64,000 nucleotides of DNA from Marispirochaeta sp. (GCA_963676835.2 CAXXFF010000001.1:160001-224000), one strand, 5' to 3'; counted from the stretch's first letter, positions 1 to 10,153 are shown. Numbers and translations: made by a program. The notes: generated from the sequence alone by a model not told the origin.

Positions 1-2472
1 TTCCAGAAATCTGCGTACTTCAGGCAGAGTTTCCACTCTGTTGTGAAGGTAGAACACCTGGCCGCCCCGTTCCAGCTCCGCCCGTATGGCAGCGGCAACC
101 ATCTCTTCGTCAAATTCACGTATATACGTATCCACCGACTGACGGTTGTGAGGCGGCGTGGTCAACAGGGACATGTCACGTATTTTGAGCAGGCTCATAT
201 GCAGGGTTCTGGGAATCGGTGTTGCCGATAAAGCAAGGGAATCTACAGTGTGCCTCATCTGTTTAAGCCGTTCCTTGTCTTTAACGCCGAAACGCTGCTC
301 TTCATCTACAATGATCAGGCCGATATTTTTGAACTGTACATCCTTCTGCAGAATCCGGTGGGTGCCGATCATGACATCCACCTCGCCTTCGGCAAGAGCC
401 TGCAGAGCCTTTTTCTGCTCTTTGGCCGCTACAAAACGGGAAATCATGGCAAGCTTGACCGGATAATTTCCAAACCGTTCAGAGAATGACTCATAATGCT
501 GTTCTGCGAGAATTGTTGTGGGCGCAAGTATTGCAACCTGTTTGCCCCCCATAACAGCCTTGAAAGCCGCCCGCATGGCGATTTCCGTTTTACCGTATCC
601 CACATCGCCGCAGATAAGGCGGTCCATAGGTTTCTGGCTCTCCATATCCTCTTTGACGTCCTGGATACATGCCAGCTGATCCTGGGTCTCCTCATAAGGG
701 AAAGCTGCTTCAAACTCAACCTGCCAGTCCGTATCCTCGCCGAAACTGTAGCCCTGAGCGCGCTGACGTTTTGCATAAAGATCAATAAGCATGTCTGCAA
801 GATCTTCTACGGATTTCTTTACCCGCTGCTTGCGCTTCTCCCAGGACTTACCCCCCAGTGAATCGAGCCCGGGAGGCTTGCCTTCCTGACCAATGTACCG
901 CTGTACCAGGTTAACCTGTTCAATGGGTATAAAAACCGTCTCTTCGCCGGCATATTCAAGCTGGATGTAATCACGTTCGGTGCCGGCGGCCTTGATTCTT
1001 TCAATTCCCTTAAATCGTCCGATACCGTAGTTTACATGTACAACATAATCCCCTGGGGAAAGTTCCACGAAAGTATCGATGGCTTTCCCACGGCTCTTTT
1101 TGACAGAAGCGGGGATTCTTTTACGTCTGCCGAAAATCTCGTTTTCCTGAACAACAAGATGCTTTATATCGGGAAGAACAAAGCCCTGGGAAATATGGGC
1201 TGCATACAGTTTTACCGGAAAGTCCTTTAAAAGCTGCTCAATCCGATCGGCCTGTGTTTCCGTTTCTGCAAAAATGGAGACTTCATAGCCGCTGCTCAGA
1301 TACTGCTCCAGCTCTTCCTTGAAGAAACGGATATTGCCGAAAAAGGAACGAGGGTCCTGACATACAATTTCGGGAAGAAAGGAATGAGCATCTTCCTGCT
1401 TCAGGGATTGTATGACCAGTTTCTTTCTGCATGCCCCTTCCAGATCTTTATAGCTGCCGATTATTTTATCAGGGGATGGAAAAGAAATTTTTCTCTCTCT
1501 CAGGCTCCGCTTATACAGCTCCTGAAACTCTTTCTCAATTCTCTCAGCGGCGTTTTCAAGTCTTTTATCGGAGATAAAAAAGCTTACCGCCCGCTCGGGC
1601 AGATAATCCTGCAGAGAACATTTATGTTCAAAAGAGAGAGGAAAGAATACTTCCTCATACTGGCAGCTTCCAGTCTCCTTAAGACGCTCAATAAGCTGCT
1701 CATCACCGCTTCCGGGATATCTTGCGGACAGGATAAAATCCTCAACACGATGTATACCGTCTGGACTCCAGATAAACTCCGATGCAGGAAAAAGGCGTAC
1801 AGATTTGCGGCTTGCAGAGGATCCCTGTGACAGAAGATCGAAGTTTTTAATCTCTTCTATCTCTTCAAACTCAAAAACAACCCGGACAGCTTCCCCTTCT
1901 CTTCCGGGAAGCCCCACATCAAGAACCTCTCCCCTGAGGGCAAACTCCCCGGGGCTGCTCACCCGCGGAACCCTGAGGTATCCCCAGGACTGAAGCTTCT
2001 GTTCTATATCCAGTGGATCAATACTTGCACCCTGCTTAAGCTCCAGAGTATTTTGCTTAAGATACTCTATGGGAGGAAGCAGCCCGGTGAATGCCCTTAC
2101 GGATGTGCAGATTATGGCTGCTTTTCCGGAAATTAAATCCGTAAGCACCGAAATACGGTCGGCGGAGACATTGGAATGACTCGGCTGCTCACTGTATGGA
2201 GCCGACTGCCACCAGGGAAAAACAACGGCATCCAGCCCGAAGGAGAGACAATCCCGACAAAGGGTTTCCGCCTCCTTTTCCGAGGGCAGCACACAGAGAA
2301 TGGTCCGTGCCCGCTGCTTCATTACCGCTGCCAGCATCAGGGCCAGGAATGACCCCTTGGGGCCGTAAACCTGGCCGGGATACTGTTCAGTGGCGGTAAT
2401 TTTCAGAAGCTCTTTAAATGGCCGGTATGATTTTATCGAGTCAAGAATACTATCCAGGAATAATGTTACCAT
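1..2472 (-). CDS. mfd: Transcription-repair coupling factor (3' end runs off the window)
   Basis: Not in the ORF track. ATG at 2472 (MVTLFLDSIL...). The same frame at the window edge reads QVFYLHNRVETL, and helicase motifs CGDVGYGKT and DEEQRFG are present. Confidence 0.95.
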   Translation of the reverse strand, partial: MVTLFLDSILDSIKSYRPFKELLKITATEQYPGQVYGPKGSFLALMLAAVMKQRARTILCVLPSEKEAETLCRDCLSFGLDAVVFPWWQSAPYSEQPSHSNVSADRISVLTDLISGKAAIICTSVRAFTGLLPPIEYLKQNTLELKQGASIDPLDIEQKLQSWGYLRVPRVSSPGEFALRGEVLDVGLPGREGEAVRVVFEFEEIEEIKNFDLLSQGSSASRKSVRLFPASEFIWSPDGIHRVEDFILSARYPGSGDEQLIERLKETGSCQYEEVFFPLSFEHKCSLQDYLPERAVSFFISDKRLENAAERIEKEFQELYKRSLRERKISFPSPDKIIGSYKDLEGACRKKLVIQSLKQEDAHSFLPEIVCQDPRSFFGNIRFFKEELEQYLSSGYEVSIFAETETQADRIEQLLKDFPVKLYAAHISQGFVLPDIKHLVVQENEIFGRRKRIPASVKKSRGKAIDTFVELSPGDYVVHVNYGIGRFKGIERIKAAGTERDYIQLEYAGEETVFIPIEQVNLVQRYIGQEGKPPGLDSLGGKSWEKRKQRVKKSVEDLADMLIDLYAKRQRAQGYSFGEDTDWQVEFEAAFPYEETQDQLACIQDVKEDMESQKPMDRLICGDVGYGKTEIAMRAAFKAVMGGKQVAILAPTTILAEQHYESFSERFGNYPVKLAMISRFVAAKEQKKALQALAEGEVDVMIGTHRILQKDVQFKNIGLIIVDEEQRFGVKDKERLKQMRHTVDSLALSATPIPRTLHMSLLKIRDMSLLTTPPHNRQSVDTYIREFDEEMVAAAIRAELERGGQVFYLHNRVETLPEVRRFLE

Positions 2473-2504
2473 GATATTATTCCGACAATGAGAGCAGTGG
2501 TGCC

Positions 2505-3455
2505 ATGAAAATGAAGAAGAATATTATTCGCATTATTGTGTTCATTATGCTGTTTTCCGCAGTCTCCGTTTCCGCCCTGGATAATAACGGTATTGATTTA
2601 TCGATCCGGCTGTATAATCAGCGAATCTACTACCCGGAAACCGAAATTCAGGTGCTGGTTGAAATAACCAATAACACCAATGATACCTATCGATTTAAAT
2701 CAGCTCAGGACAGAAGGTATAACCTGGATTTCCAGGCAACAACCCTTACCAATGAACCTATCAGACGGTCTGAGCAATTTATCATGGCCGCAGAAAGGAA
2801 TCAACAGGTATACTACCGGGACATAGATATAGAACCGGGTGAACGTTTCTCTTTTGTAGAACCCCTTAAGGATTATCTCTCTCTCGGAAAGGCCGGCGCA
2901 TATATAGTAAAAGCCAGCTATTTTCCCGAATTAAAGAACAGCGGTGACGGTTTAGAGTCAAACCTGATCTCTTTTACCGTACGGCCATCCGCCGGGAACC
3001 TGGCTCTTGCCTCCCGAATAGATGCGGATACAGGAGCTGTTCTCCGTCGGGAAAAACTTCCCCCCGATGAGGTAGTTGAATATACCATCCAGGCGAGGCA
3101 GCTTGGGCAATGGAATAAATTCTTCCTCTACCTTGACCCTTTAAGCCTGATGCTGGAAGATCCCGATGCAAAACGCCGCTATAACCGCTCTTCGGAAGAA
3201 GAACGGCTTAAAATGGAAGAAGATTACCGTATACGTCTCCAGTCCCGTACAACCCGGGACGAAATAGTTCTCGTACCCATTGAGTACGAAATAAAGGAGA
3301 CCCGTTATACTTCCAACATGGGAACTGTAATTGTTATAGAAAAATTTCAGAATCCCGACTTTATTGAAGTTAAGGAATTCACCTATTATCTAAACAGACA
3401 GGATGGAATCTGGACCATAGGGTCCTATGAAGTCCGTAATATAGGAAGCGAATGA
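2505..3455 (+). CDS. Exported conserved hypothetical protein
   Basis: 316-aa ORF with signal peptide (KKNIIRIIVFIMLFSAVSVSA). Its stop overlaps the next start (ATGA). Confidence 0.8.
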   Translation: MKMKKNIIRIIVFIMLFSAVSVSALDNNGIDLSIRLYNQRIYYPETEIQVLVEITNNTNDTYRFKSAQDRRYNLDFQATTLTNEPIRRSEQFIMAAERNQQVYYRDIDIEPGERFSFVEPLKDYLSLGKAGAYIVKASYFPELKNSGDGLESNLISFTVRPSAGNLALASRIDADTGAVLRREKLPPDEVVEYTIQARQLGQWNKFFLYLDPLSLMLEDPDAKRRYNRSSEEERLKMEEDYRIRLQSRTTRDEIVLVPIEYEIKETRYTSNMGTVIVIEKFQNPDFIEVKEFTYYLNRQDGIWTIGSYEVRNIGSE

Positions 3456-4180
3456 TTCTGCTTGTAGTTGCCCGGGAAACCCGGCTTGTTGATCTATTAT
3501 CCGGCTATTTCACATCTCAGGGTGGTAACGTAATTCATTACCGTAACCCCATCAAGGCAATGGATAACCTGGAAGAAATTCAGCCCGATGCGGTTGCTTT
3601 TTTTACCCAGGATTTTCCACGTCACTGGAAACCTTTTGTCCGGTACTACCGCAACCTTAAATCCAAGGACACGGGACTTTGTGTGCTTTTCACCGGTAAT
3701 CTTTTCACCGAAGATGAAGCCGCCAAGTCTCAGCTTCTTGAAATCAACGGGCTCATTCCCTATGACCAGGACGATCATCTTCTGTGTGATTCTTTTCAGG
3801 AAATTATACAGAGATACGGTTTCCTTGAGGACAATCGTCAGTACCGCCGATATGCTCCCCGCCAGTATGATAATATATCCTTTATTTTCAATCATCCCGA
3901 AAACTTCACCCTGGTTACCGGAACCATCCTGGATGTGAGTATGGAAGGAGTTCGCTTTTTTCCAGACAGTCCCGACAAGACTGTTAATCTTGAGGAAAAC
4001 CGGATCCTCCAGGACTGTTCACTCCAGATTGAAGATGAAATTTTTACATTCTCCGCCAGAATATTCCGCAACAATAAAGTACTGTCACTTATATTCATCG
4101 ATGCAGCGGAACAGTTTCAGGAAGCACTGTCTGCATTTATCAGCAGTGCACCGGAAAGGGCAGTCTCCTCTATTTCATAA
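3452..4180 (+). CDS. Pseudo-receiver plus PilZ c-di-GMP-binding protein
   Basis: RxxxR (RQYRR) and DxSxxG (DVSMEG) PilZ motifs. The N-terminus is REC-like but lacks the acidic pocket and phospho-Asp. Confidence 0.75.
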   Translation: MILLVVARETRLVDLLSGYFTSQGGNVIHYRNPIKAMDNLEEIQPDAVAFFTQDFPRHWKPFVRYYRNLKSKDTGLCVLFTGNLFTEDEAAKSQLLEINGLIPYDQDDHLLCDSFQEIIQRYGFLEDNRQYRRYAPRQYDNISFIFNHPENFTLVTGTILDVSMEGVRFFPDSPDKTVNLEENRILQDCSLQIEDEIFTFSARIFRNNKVLSLIFIDAAEQFQEALSAFISSAPERAVSSIS

Positions 4181-4233
4181 GGACTCAATTTAACCATACT
4201 GTTTTTACACGCCCCGAATCCAAACAGATCCCT

Positions 4234-4262
4234 TTGCTTATATGACTTTATCGTTTTATAAT
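4234..4262 (+). promoter_or_regulatory. sigma70-type promoter
   Basis: TTGCTT-17-TATAAT, followed by an AGGGAGGT RBS before 4290. Confidence 0.6.
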
Positions 4263-4289
4263 TAAGTTGTAATCAAAGGGAGGTCTTAA

Positions 4290-4667
4290 ATGGGTATTCG
4301 TAAGTATTTGTCCACCGCACCCCTCAGCGATATTACACGCTACCAGTCAGAAGAAGAGTACACTTCAGAATGTATTGTATTTGAGGGAGCACCCAAAAAA
4401 CATCCCTACGATGCAGACAAAATATTGCTGGTAACCCAGCCCTTCAGCAGCAGCACAACTTTCTATGAATTCAGAGTAAAAGATATTATGCATGCGGAAA
4501 ACATGCCCAGCATTGCTACAGACAGCGGGTCTAATCTTTTTATGGCAAAAATCTGGGTAAAAAAAGGCAGTATGGGCCTGAGATACGAACCGTTTGAAGT
4601 GGGCGATCCAATCCGCTATTATCACGATTCCGAGCTGCTTCATCAGGTGCTGTCTGACAGGGACTGA
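4290..4667 (+). CDS. Small conserved hypothetical protein
   Basis: 125 aa with a strong RBS and promoter. Motif GAPKKHPYD...FYEF. No recognisable catalytic signature. Confidence 0.8.
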   Translation: MGIRKYLSTAPLSDITRYQSEEEYTSECIVFEGAPKKHPYDADKILLVTQPFSSSTTFYEFRVKDIMHAENMPSIATDSGSNLFMAKIWVKKGSMGLRYEPFEVGDPIRYYHDSELLHQVLSDRD

Positions 4668-5682
4668 TGACATTTTGTTTTCATCCGTTGATCCGGACAG
4701 TAACAGTTCTATAATTTGCAGTTTATGTCCTCATAAATGCCGTATAGCACCGGGAAAAACCGGCTACTGCGGGGTACGTGCTAATAAAGACGGAAAACTT
4801 TATCTCCCCTGTTACGGGATGCTATCTGCCACCGCCATGGACCCTGTGGAGAAAAAACCCCTCTACCATTTTCATCCCGGCACCTATTCGTTTTCTGTTG
4901 GATTCTACGGCTGCAACCTGCGTTGCCCGTTCTGTCAGAACTATCAGATATCCACTACTCTCCCCGGCAGTGTCACTGATTTCGTCAAGTCATCAAATAT
5001 TGTTTCAGAAGCTCTAAAGCTTAAAGCAGACAGTATCAGCTACACCTATTCTGAACCGCTGATACATGCCGAATACTGTCTTGATACCGCGGCAGCTGCA
5101 ACAGAGAGAGGACTCTCAAACATTCTGGTAACCAACGGCTTTATGTCCGCACCAGCAGCTGAGACCATCTATTCTGCCATGGATGCGGTGAATATTGATT
5201 TAAAAAGCTTTAACAAAGACTACTACTCACAAGTGCTGAAAGGCGGGCTTGATGAAGTATGCAGATCCATAGAGATTGCCGTTAGTCGCTGTCACACCGA
5301 GGTAACAACCCTGATCGTCCCCGGGGAAAACGATAGCCGGACGGAACTTATAGCCCTGTTCGGATTTCTTTCCGAGCTTAAACCTCAGCCGGTGCTGCAC
5401 TTAAGCAGATACTTTCCCAGGTTTAAATACACACATCCTCCTACAGAGATAAAGGCGCTGCTTTCGACGGCCGAACTTGCAAAAGAAGTCCTTGATTATG
5501 TCTATGTGGGGAATCTGCCGCAACAAACAAGTACAGAACATAAAAATATTTACACCAACGATACCCGCTGCTCTTCCTGTAAATCGGTGCTTATCAGGCG
5601 GGAATCCTATAAAACCGATGTTCTGAACCGCTCAAATTCCGTGTGCGACAATTGCGGATCCCCCCTTCCTTATCTTGTATAA
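4594..5682 (+). CDS. AmmeMemoRadiSam-system radical SAM enzyme (true start probably near 4654-4675)
   Basis: CSLCPHKC...GYCGVR, DPVEKKPLYHFHPG, CxxxCxxC (CNLRCPFC), and C-terminal CxxC...CxxC. Confidence 0.88.
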   Translation: MKWAIQSAIITIPSCFIRCCLTGTDDILFSSVDPDSNSSIICSLCPHKCRIAPGKTGYCGVRANKDGKLYLPCYGMLSATAMDPVEKKPLYHFHPGTYSFSVGFYGCNLRCPFCQNYQISTTLPGSVTDFVKSSNIVSEALKLKADSISYTYSEPLIHAEYCLDTAAAATERGLSNILVTNGFMSAPAAETIYSAMDAVNIDLKSFNKDYYSQVLKGGLDEVCRSIEIAVSRCHTEVTTLIVPGENDSRTELIALFGFLSELKPQPVLHLSRYFPRFKYTHPPTEIKALLSTAELAKEVLDYVYVGNLPQQTSTEHKNIYTNDTRCSSCKSVLIRRESYKTDVLNRSNSVCDNCGSPLPYLV

Positions 5683-5710
5683 CACTCCAAATTTTCTTTT
5701 CTGGAATCTA

Positions 5711-5739
5711 TTGACAGTTTAAAACACCTCATGTATATT
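5711..5739 (+). promoter_or_regulatory. sigma70 promoter of tRNA-Asn
   Basis: TTGACA-17-TATATT, 33 nt upstream of the tRNA. Confidence 0.75.
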
Positions 5740-5772
5740 AGCCTTCGTTAATCGCGATGAGCGGTTAAACAT

Positions 5773-5845
5773 TCCCTTGTAGCTCAGTCGGTAGAGCGGG
5801 TGGCTGTTAACCACTAGGTCGGAGGTTCGAGTCCTTCCGGGGGAG
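5773..5845 (+). tRNA. tRNA-Asn(GTT), CCA not encoded
   Basis: Cloverleaf: acceptor TCCCTTG/CGGGGGA, anticodon arm GTGGC-TGTTAA-CCAC, T-loop GTTCGAG. Confidence 0.96.
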
Positions 5846-5846
5846 C

Positions 5847-5884
5847 AAAAAAAGAGCTTTGCACATTGCAAAGCTCTTTTTTTA
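5847..5884. terminator. Bidirectional intrinsic terminator
   Basis: A-tract GAGCTTTGCA-CAT-TGCAAAGCTC T-tract, between the convergent tRNA-Asn and vWA-FHA gene. Confidence 0.88.
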
Positions 5885-5938
5885 TGCTCTTATCACATAT
5901 TTAAATCAAAATGCTAATTGTAGCGTATATATCAATTG

Positions 5939-7357
5939 TCAGCTTTTCTTCTCAACCTGGCCGCTCTTTATCTCACTTTTACTATCTATTGGTTTATCAA
6001 AAACAATAGTAGTACCTTCCAGATCAATAACATCTCCGCTTCTCAGCCTATGCTGCCTTTTAAGCTTGTTATTAACACGAAATTCGTTATCCGAAACCAG
6101 GGTGTAGGTTCCGCCCTGCTTATCATAATTTACTGTGGCATGTCGCGTTTTGAGCCCAGGGTTTCCTGCTATGGTCATATCATCGTTGTTGCCGGAACCG
6201 ATGACAGTAACTTCCTGGGTAAGTTCTACCCTTGTGGAAGGAGAAAAGTTTTTCCCCCTCGGCAGCTGACTCAGCTCTGCCCCGCTTACCGGTTTTTCCC
6301 AGGCCAGTAACAGAAGCAGAAGAATTATTGCGACAGCAAGAATCAGGGCAATAAATATAAGCGGCTGAATACTTGTAGCCGGATCGGACAGAAAATGGGG
6401 AGTAAAATAGACCCCCTCTGCATCAAGCTCATCATACACAAGACTGACTCTGGTGATATCATCTTTTACATATGGCGCACTGAAACTTACCCGGTACTCT
6501 TTGCGAATTTCATCCCGTATCAGGGAGTATATGTCTTTAAGGATCTCCTGATTATCAGCAGAAAAACTGCGTCCACCGGAGGCACTCGCCAGGTTATCCA
6601 GCTCCTTGTCATGGTTACGGCCAATATGAACTGCATAGAGGGTAATACCTTCTTCAATAAGGGCGTTTTTTACAGCCTCGGTTTCGACGCTATCATCACC
6701 ATAAACAGGATGAGTATTTCCACTGTTTGTATAGGGATAATTCTCGCCGTCGGACAAAACAATAATTGCCCTTCTTCCACCGAAAGGCGCAAGCTGTCGG
6801 CCGGCAAGAACAATGGAGCGGTACAATTCAGTGTAGGACTCATCTTTTGTCGGGGACTGAATATTTCTTAATGCCAGGGCATGTTCATCACTCATTCCCT
6901 GAACATCAGAGAGTTTCCGGTAATACGTATTAAAAGCAGAAATACCTACCCGGTCGTTGGGATTATCAATTTCTTCAAGAAATCGATTCACTGCATATAC
7001 AGCTGTCTCATACCGGGGCTTCCCCCCCAGGGTCTCCTCGTGCATGGAGCCTGAATTATCAATCAGAAGAAGAAAGCTGATACCCTGAAGCCGCGGGGCC
7101 TCCTGCTCAACAGATCTGATTGCAAGCTCCTCCCTTGAACCATCATTACCGGTCCTGAATAATGTGAGCCTGTCTGCATCATCTATTTCTGCAGGAGATC
7201 CGTCGGGACCGCGATAGAGAAAATAAAGATCCATGGTGCCGTCAAGAAGCAAAGACCTGTTATCCATCTGGGTAATATCAATTGAATCAGCTACCGCACC
7301 GGTAATTCCTGAAAAGAGAGCTGCAGTAAGTGCCAGCAGAATTAGTTTTTTTATCAT
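5939..7357 (-). CDS. Signal peptide - vWA - TM - FHA-like membrane protein
   Basis: Start MIKKLILL after a GGAG RBS. MIDAS motif DNSGS...T...LSDG, then a hydrophobic TM (LIFIALILAVAIILLLLLLAW), then an FHA-like C-terminus (TVIGSG...TRHATV...VNN...LRSGDVIDL). Confidence 0.85.
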   Translation of the reverse strand: MIKKLILLALTAALFSGITGAVADSIDITQMDNRSLLLDGTMDLYFLYRGPDGSPAEIDDADRLTLFRTGNDGSREELAIRSVEQEAPRLQGISFLLLIDNSGSMHEETLGGKPRYETAVYAVNRFLEEIDNPNDRVGISAFNTYYRKLSDVQGMSDEHALALRNIQSPTKDESYTELYRSIVLAGRQLAPFGGRRAIIVLSDGENYPYTNSGNTHPVYGDDSVETEAVKNALIEEGITLYAVHIGRNHDKELDNLASASGGRSFSADNQEILKDIYSLIRDEIRKEYRVSFSAPYVKDDITRVSLVYDELDAEGVYFTPHFLSDPATSIQPLIFIALILAVAIILLLLLLAWEKPVSGAELSQLPRGKNFSPSTRVELTQEVTVIGSGNNDDMTIAGNPGLKTRHATVNYDKQGGTYTLVSDNEFRVNNKLKRQHRLRSGDVIDLEGTTIVFDKPIDSKSEIKSGQVEKKS

Positions 7358-7367
7358 ACATAATCTC

Positions 7368-8255
7368 CTAGGGAATAAAACGTAATACAGTGCTGCCAAG
7401 TTTAATTACATCATCAAACTTCAATCTGCTCTGGTGTTCTATTTCATCGTTAACGATAATTTTATCTGCAGTACCTGTGGCACTTATCATTAAATCACCA
7501 CTGGTTTTATCTTTGTACAATCGTCCATGTATATCTTTAACACGGCGGTCTCCGGAAAGAAAAACCTCGCATTTTGGGGATGAACCGATATTAACGCTAT
7601 GTTTGTTTACAATGTACTCTTTACCTTTAAAGTCACCGTTCATCACCTTAAGAATCCCGAATCGTCCAAGATAATCTGCAAACCCAAGACCGGTTCCAAT
7701 CAATGCGCCAAGTACAGAAAAGCCGCATATGCGGATGAATGCCGCCGGAAGCGAAGTGAGGTTCAACATTTCAAACAGCAAACCTCCTGCGATACCTCCC
7801 GCAAGCCCTCCGGCCAAACCGAATACTCCGCGACGTAACGATTTTGTACGCAGCCCCTCAATTGCACCAAGGGCAAGTCCCAGAATTGTCCATCCCAGAA
7901 CCCTTGCCGCAGGCAGATAGGCTCTGGTCAATTCTGCCAGCGACACATTTCCTCCACCGCTGAAAAGCAGCAGTACCCACTGGGCAAAAAAGATTGCCAG
8001 AACACCGGCGGGAATGCCTATCAGACCACCGAAGAGAGCTCCCCGGCGGGTTCTCTGTCCAAGGCTTGCACTGATACCTTCTCCCATACCGAGTACAGCA
8101 CCAAAAAAGAGACCGATTACTGCACCAAGGAGAAGCATTCTTATTTGAAAACCTCCGCCGTCAAGGCGCATCAGTATTTCCAGAAAGACACCGGAGGATA
8201 GTCCGGCGGCAAGCCCAAGAAGGGCATACATCAGCTTTTTTAATGTTTTAGTCAT
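7368..8255 (-). CDS. Gly-rich multi-TM protein with C-terminal FHA-like domain
   Basis: About six Gly-rich TM helices, then VNIGSS...DIHG...VND...LKFDDVIKLG. Confidence 0.82.
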   Translation of the reverse strand: MTKTLKKLMYALLGLAAGLSSGVFLEILMRLDGGGFQIRMLLLGAVIGLFFGAVLGMGEGISASLGQRTRRGALFGGLIGIPAGVLAIFFAQWVLLLFSGGGNVSLAELTRAYLPAARVLGWTILGLALGAIEGLRTKSLRRGVFGLAGGLAGGIAGGLLFEMLNLTSLPAAFIRICGFSVLGALIGTGLGFADYLGRFGILKVMNGDFKGKEYIVNKHSVNIGSSPKCEVFLSGDRRVKDIHGRLYKDKTSGDLMISATGTADKIIVNDEIEHQSRLKFDDVIKLGSTVLRFIP

Positions 8256-8270
8256 TCTTACCTCGTTTAT

Positions 8271-10151
8271 TTAACGCTTTTCTATGGAAAGCTCATTATC
8301 TCCATAGCTAAATTCCAGCCTTATTTTCTGATCCGGGGCAGCACTGAAATCTATACTTTTCTCTGCTTTTTTCAATTTAGCGCTTAGCCGGTAATTTCCG
8401 GGAGTAAGCAGAATATCCCCGGGATAGGGTCTAACCATCTGCACCGGGACAAGTGCATAGTTCCCCTCTTTTCCCTGCCTGCTGTAGGTTCTGATAAAGG
8501 TTGTGCCGTTTATCTCCAGCTCTGTGCCTTCAGGCAGACCGGACAAGGAAAGCACCACTGGCAGCGGCAGGAGATCCGCAGATAGCGTAAGATGTGTTTC
8601 TTCGGGTTTAATAAAGAGAGAGTACATCTGCTCGACATATCCCGGTGCATTAATCCTGAACTTCCACACCTTGCCGGATGAGACAGCAGCCTGTGAAATA
8701 TTCATGACCCGTCCCTGATTGTCCTCCACAGAAACATATGCAGAATCAATAATACTTCTTCCGGTAAGGGCATCAGTAATATCCAGTTTCATGTTAACCG
8801 CATATGAATCTTTAACAGGGACAGAAACCTTTTCTGTATGTGCCCAGGCGCCGGGCTGCTCTTTGATCTTACTCTGGCCGGGCTGAACAAAACTGTTCCA
8901 GATAATATGACCGCCCCAGGTGGTTTTTATCCTGTATCCTCCCTCGGGAATAAAAAGCGGTAATGTGGTTAATCTACTGACTTTATCCTGCTCAACAAAA
9001 GGAACCGAAAAAAGTAAGGGTGAAGCTGCCAGGGGTATTTCATTTCCATCATCGGAATAGAGCTGGACCGTAGCTGGTATAGCGCTGTAGGCACCCTGTA
9101 CTTTGGGAATCTCCACCTCTATTCTTAACCGCCCATAGCTGTTATTCCGAAAGAGAGGCTGAATAAGAGTACTGGTATATGCAGCAAAAAGAAGCATCCC
9201 TACACAAACAACACCGGCAGCATACTGTAAAACAGTCTTTACCAGACGCCTTCGAGGCACAGGAGGATGAATATCCTTCTCCCCCCTCACCAGGGCTCCA
9301 ATATATTCCTTTAAATCTTCCTTTTTATAGGGAGCAAGCATTTTTCGTGCCTGCCGTATTAAAGGATCTACCGAGGAATACCGGCGTTTAGGCCGCGCAT
9401 GCATTGCCTTTTTTATAATTTTAAGCAGCGGTTTTGCAATTCCAGGCACATACTTGTGAGGCCCCGTATACTTACCTTTATGCTTGGCACTGATCAGTTC
9501 AGGGGTAAAGGCACCAGGAAACGGCCGCTTTCCGGTGGACATTTCATAGGCCATAACACCCAGTGAGTAAATATCCGCTTTCCCGTCAACATTACGGGAG
9601 TTCTCAAACTGTTCTGGCGCCATATAGGAAGGAGTCCCAAGGGTCATCCCCTCGCTGGTAAGGCCCGAATCGGTATCGTCCGCAGAAGCGGCTATCCCGA
9701 AATCAGCAAGTTTAACCGCACCGTCCCTTGAGAGAAGAATGTTCGCAGGCTTTATATCACGGTGCACAACACCTCTGTTGTGAGCATAGCCGAGAGCCTT
9801 GGAAGCATGCAGCAGAATATAGGCACAGACAACCGAATCAAGATAGCGGTGTTCTTTAATAAGACCTTCCAGAGAAAGCCCTTCAACATATTCCATGACA
9901 ATAAAAAAGGAGCTTCCCTGTTTGAAATGGTCGAAAACGGTAACAATATCGTCATGATGGAAGTCCATGAGTATCCTGGCTTCCCGCTTGAAACGCTCCC
10001 CGAAGGTTGATTTTCCTCTGAGAGTAAGTTTTTTCAATATAATCGGACGGTTCAGTGTGGGATGCATGGCTTTGTAGACAGCCCCCATTCCGCCTCTGGC
10101 AATCAGGGTTACATCACTGTATTTACCAACAGTCAGTGATTCTTTAGCCAT
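8271..10151 (-). CDS. Hanks-type membrane Ser/Thr protein kinase
   Basis: ARGGMGAVY, catalytic Lys (ILKK), HRDIKPAN, DFG, GTPSYMAPE. One TM near residue 310-330 and a beta-rich extracytoplasmic C-terminus. Confidence 0.93.
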   Translation of the reverse strand: MAKESLTVGKYSDVTLIARGGMGAVYKAMHPTLNRPIILKKLTLRGKSTFGERFKREARILMDFHHDDIVTVFDHFKQGSSFFIVMEYVEGLSLEGLIKEHRYLDSVVCAYILLHASKALGYAHNRGVVHRDIKPANILLSRDGAVKLADFGIAASADDTDSGLTSEGMTLGTPSYMAPEQFENSRNVDGKADIYSLGVMAYEMSTGKRPFPGAFTPELISAKHKGKYTGPHKYVPGIAKPLLKIIKKAMHARPKRRYSSVDPLIRQARKMLAPYKKEDLKEYIGALVRGEKDIHPPVPRRRLVKTVLQYAAGVVCVGMLLFAAYTSTLIQPLFRNNSYGRLRIEVEIPKVQGAYSAIPATVQLYSDDGNEIPLAASPLLFSVPFVEQDKVSRLTTLPLFIPEGGYRIKTTWGGHIIWNSFVQPGQSKIKEQPGAWAHTEKVSVPVKDSYAVNMKLDITDALTGRSIIDSAYVSVEDNQGRVMNISQAAVSSGKVWKFRINAPGYVEQMYSLFIKPEETHLTLSADLLPLPVVLSLSGLPEGTELEINGTTFIRTYSRQGKEGNYALVPVQMVRPYPGDILLTPGNYRLSAKLKKAEKSIDFSAAPDQKIRLEFSYGDNELSIEKR

Positions 10152-10153
10152 TA

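Noticed and set aside
4290..4667. Inorganic pyrophosphatase label, recalled for similar proteins
   Set aside because: Too short and lacks the DxDxxD active-site motif; left as hypothetical.
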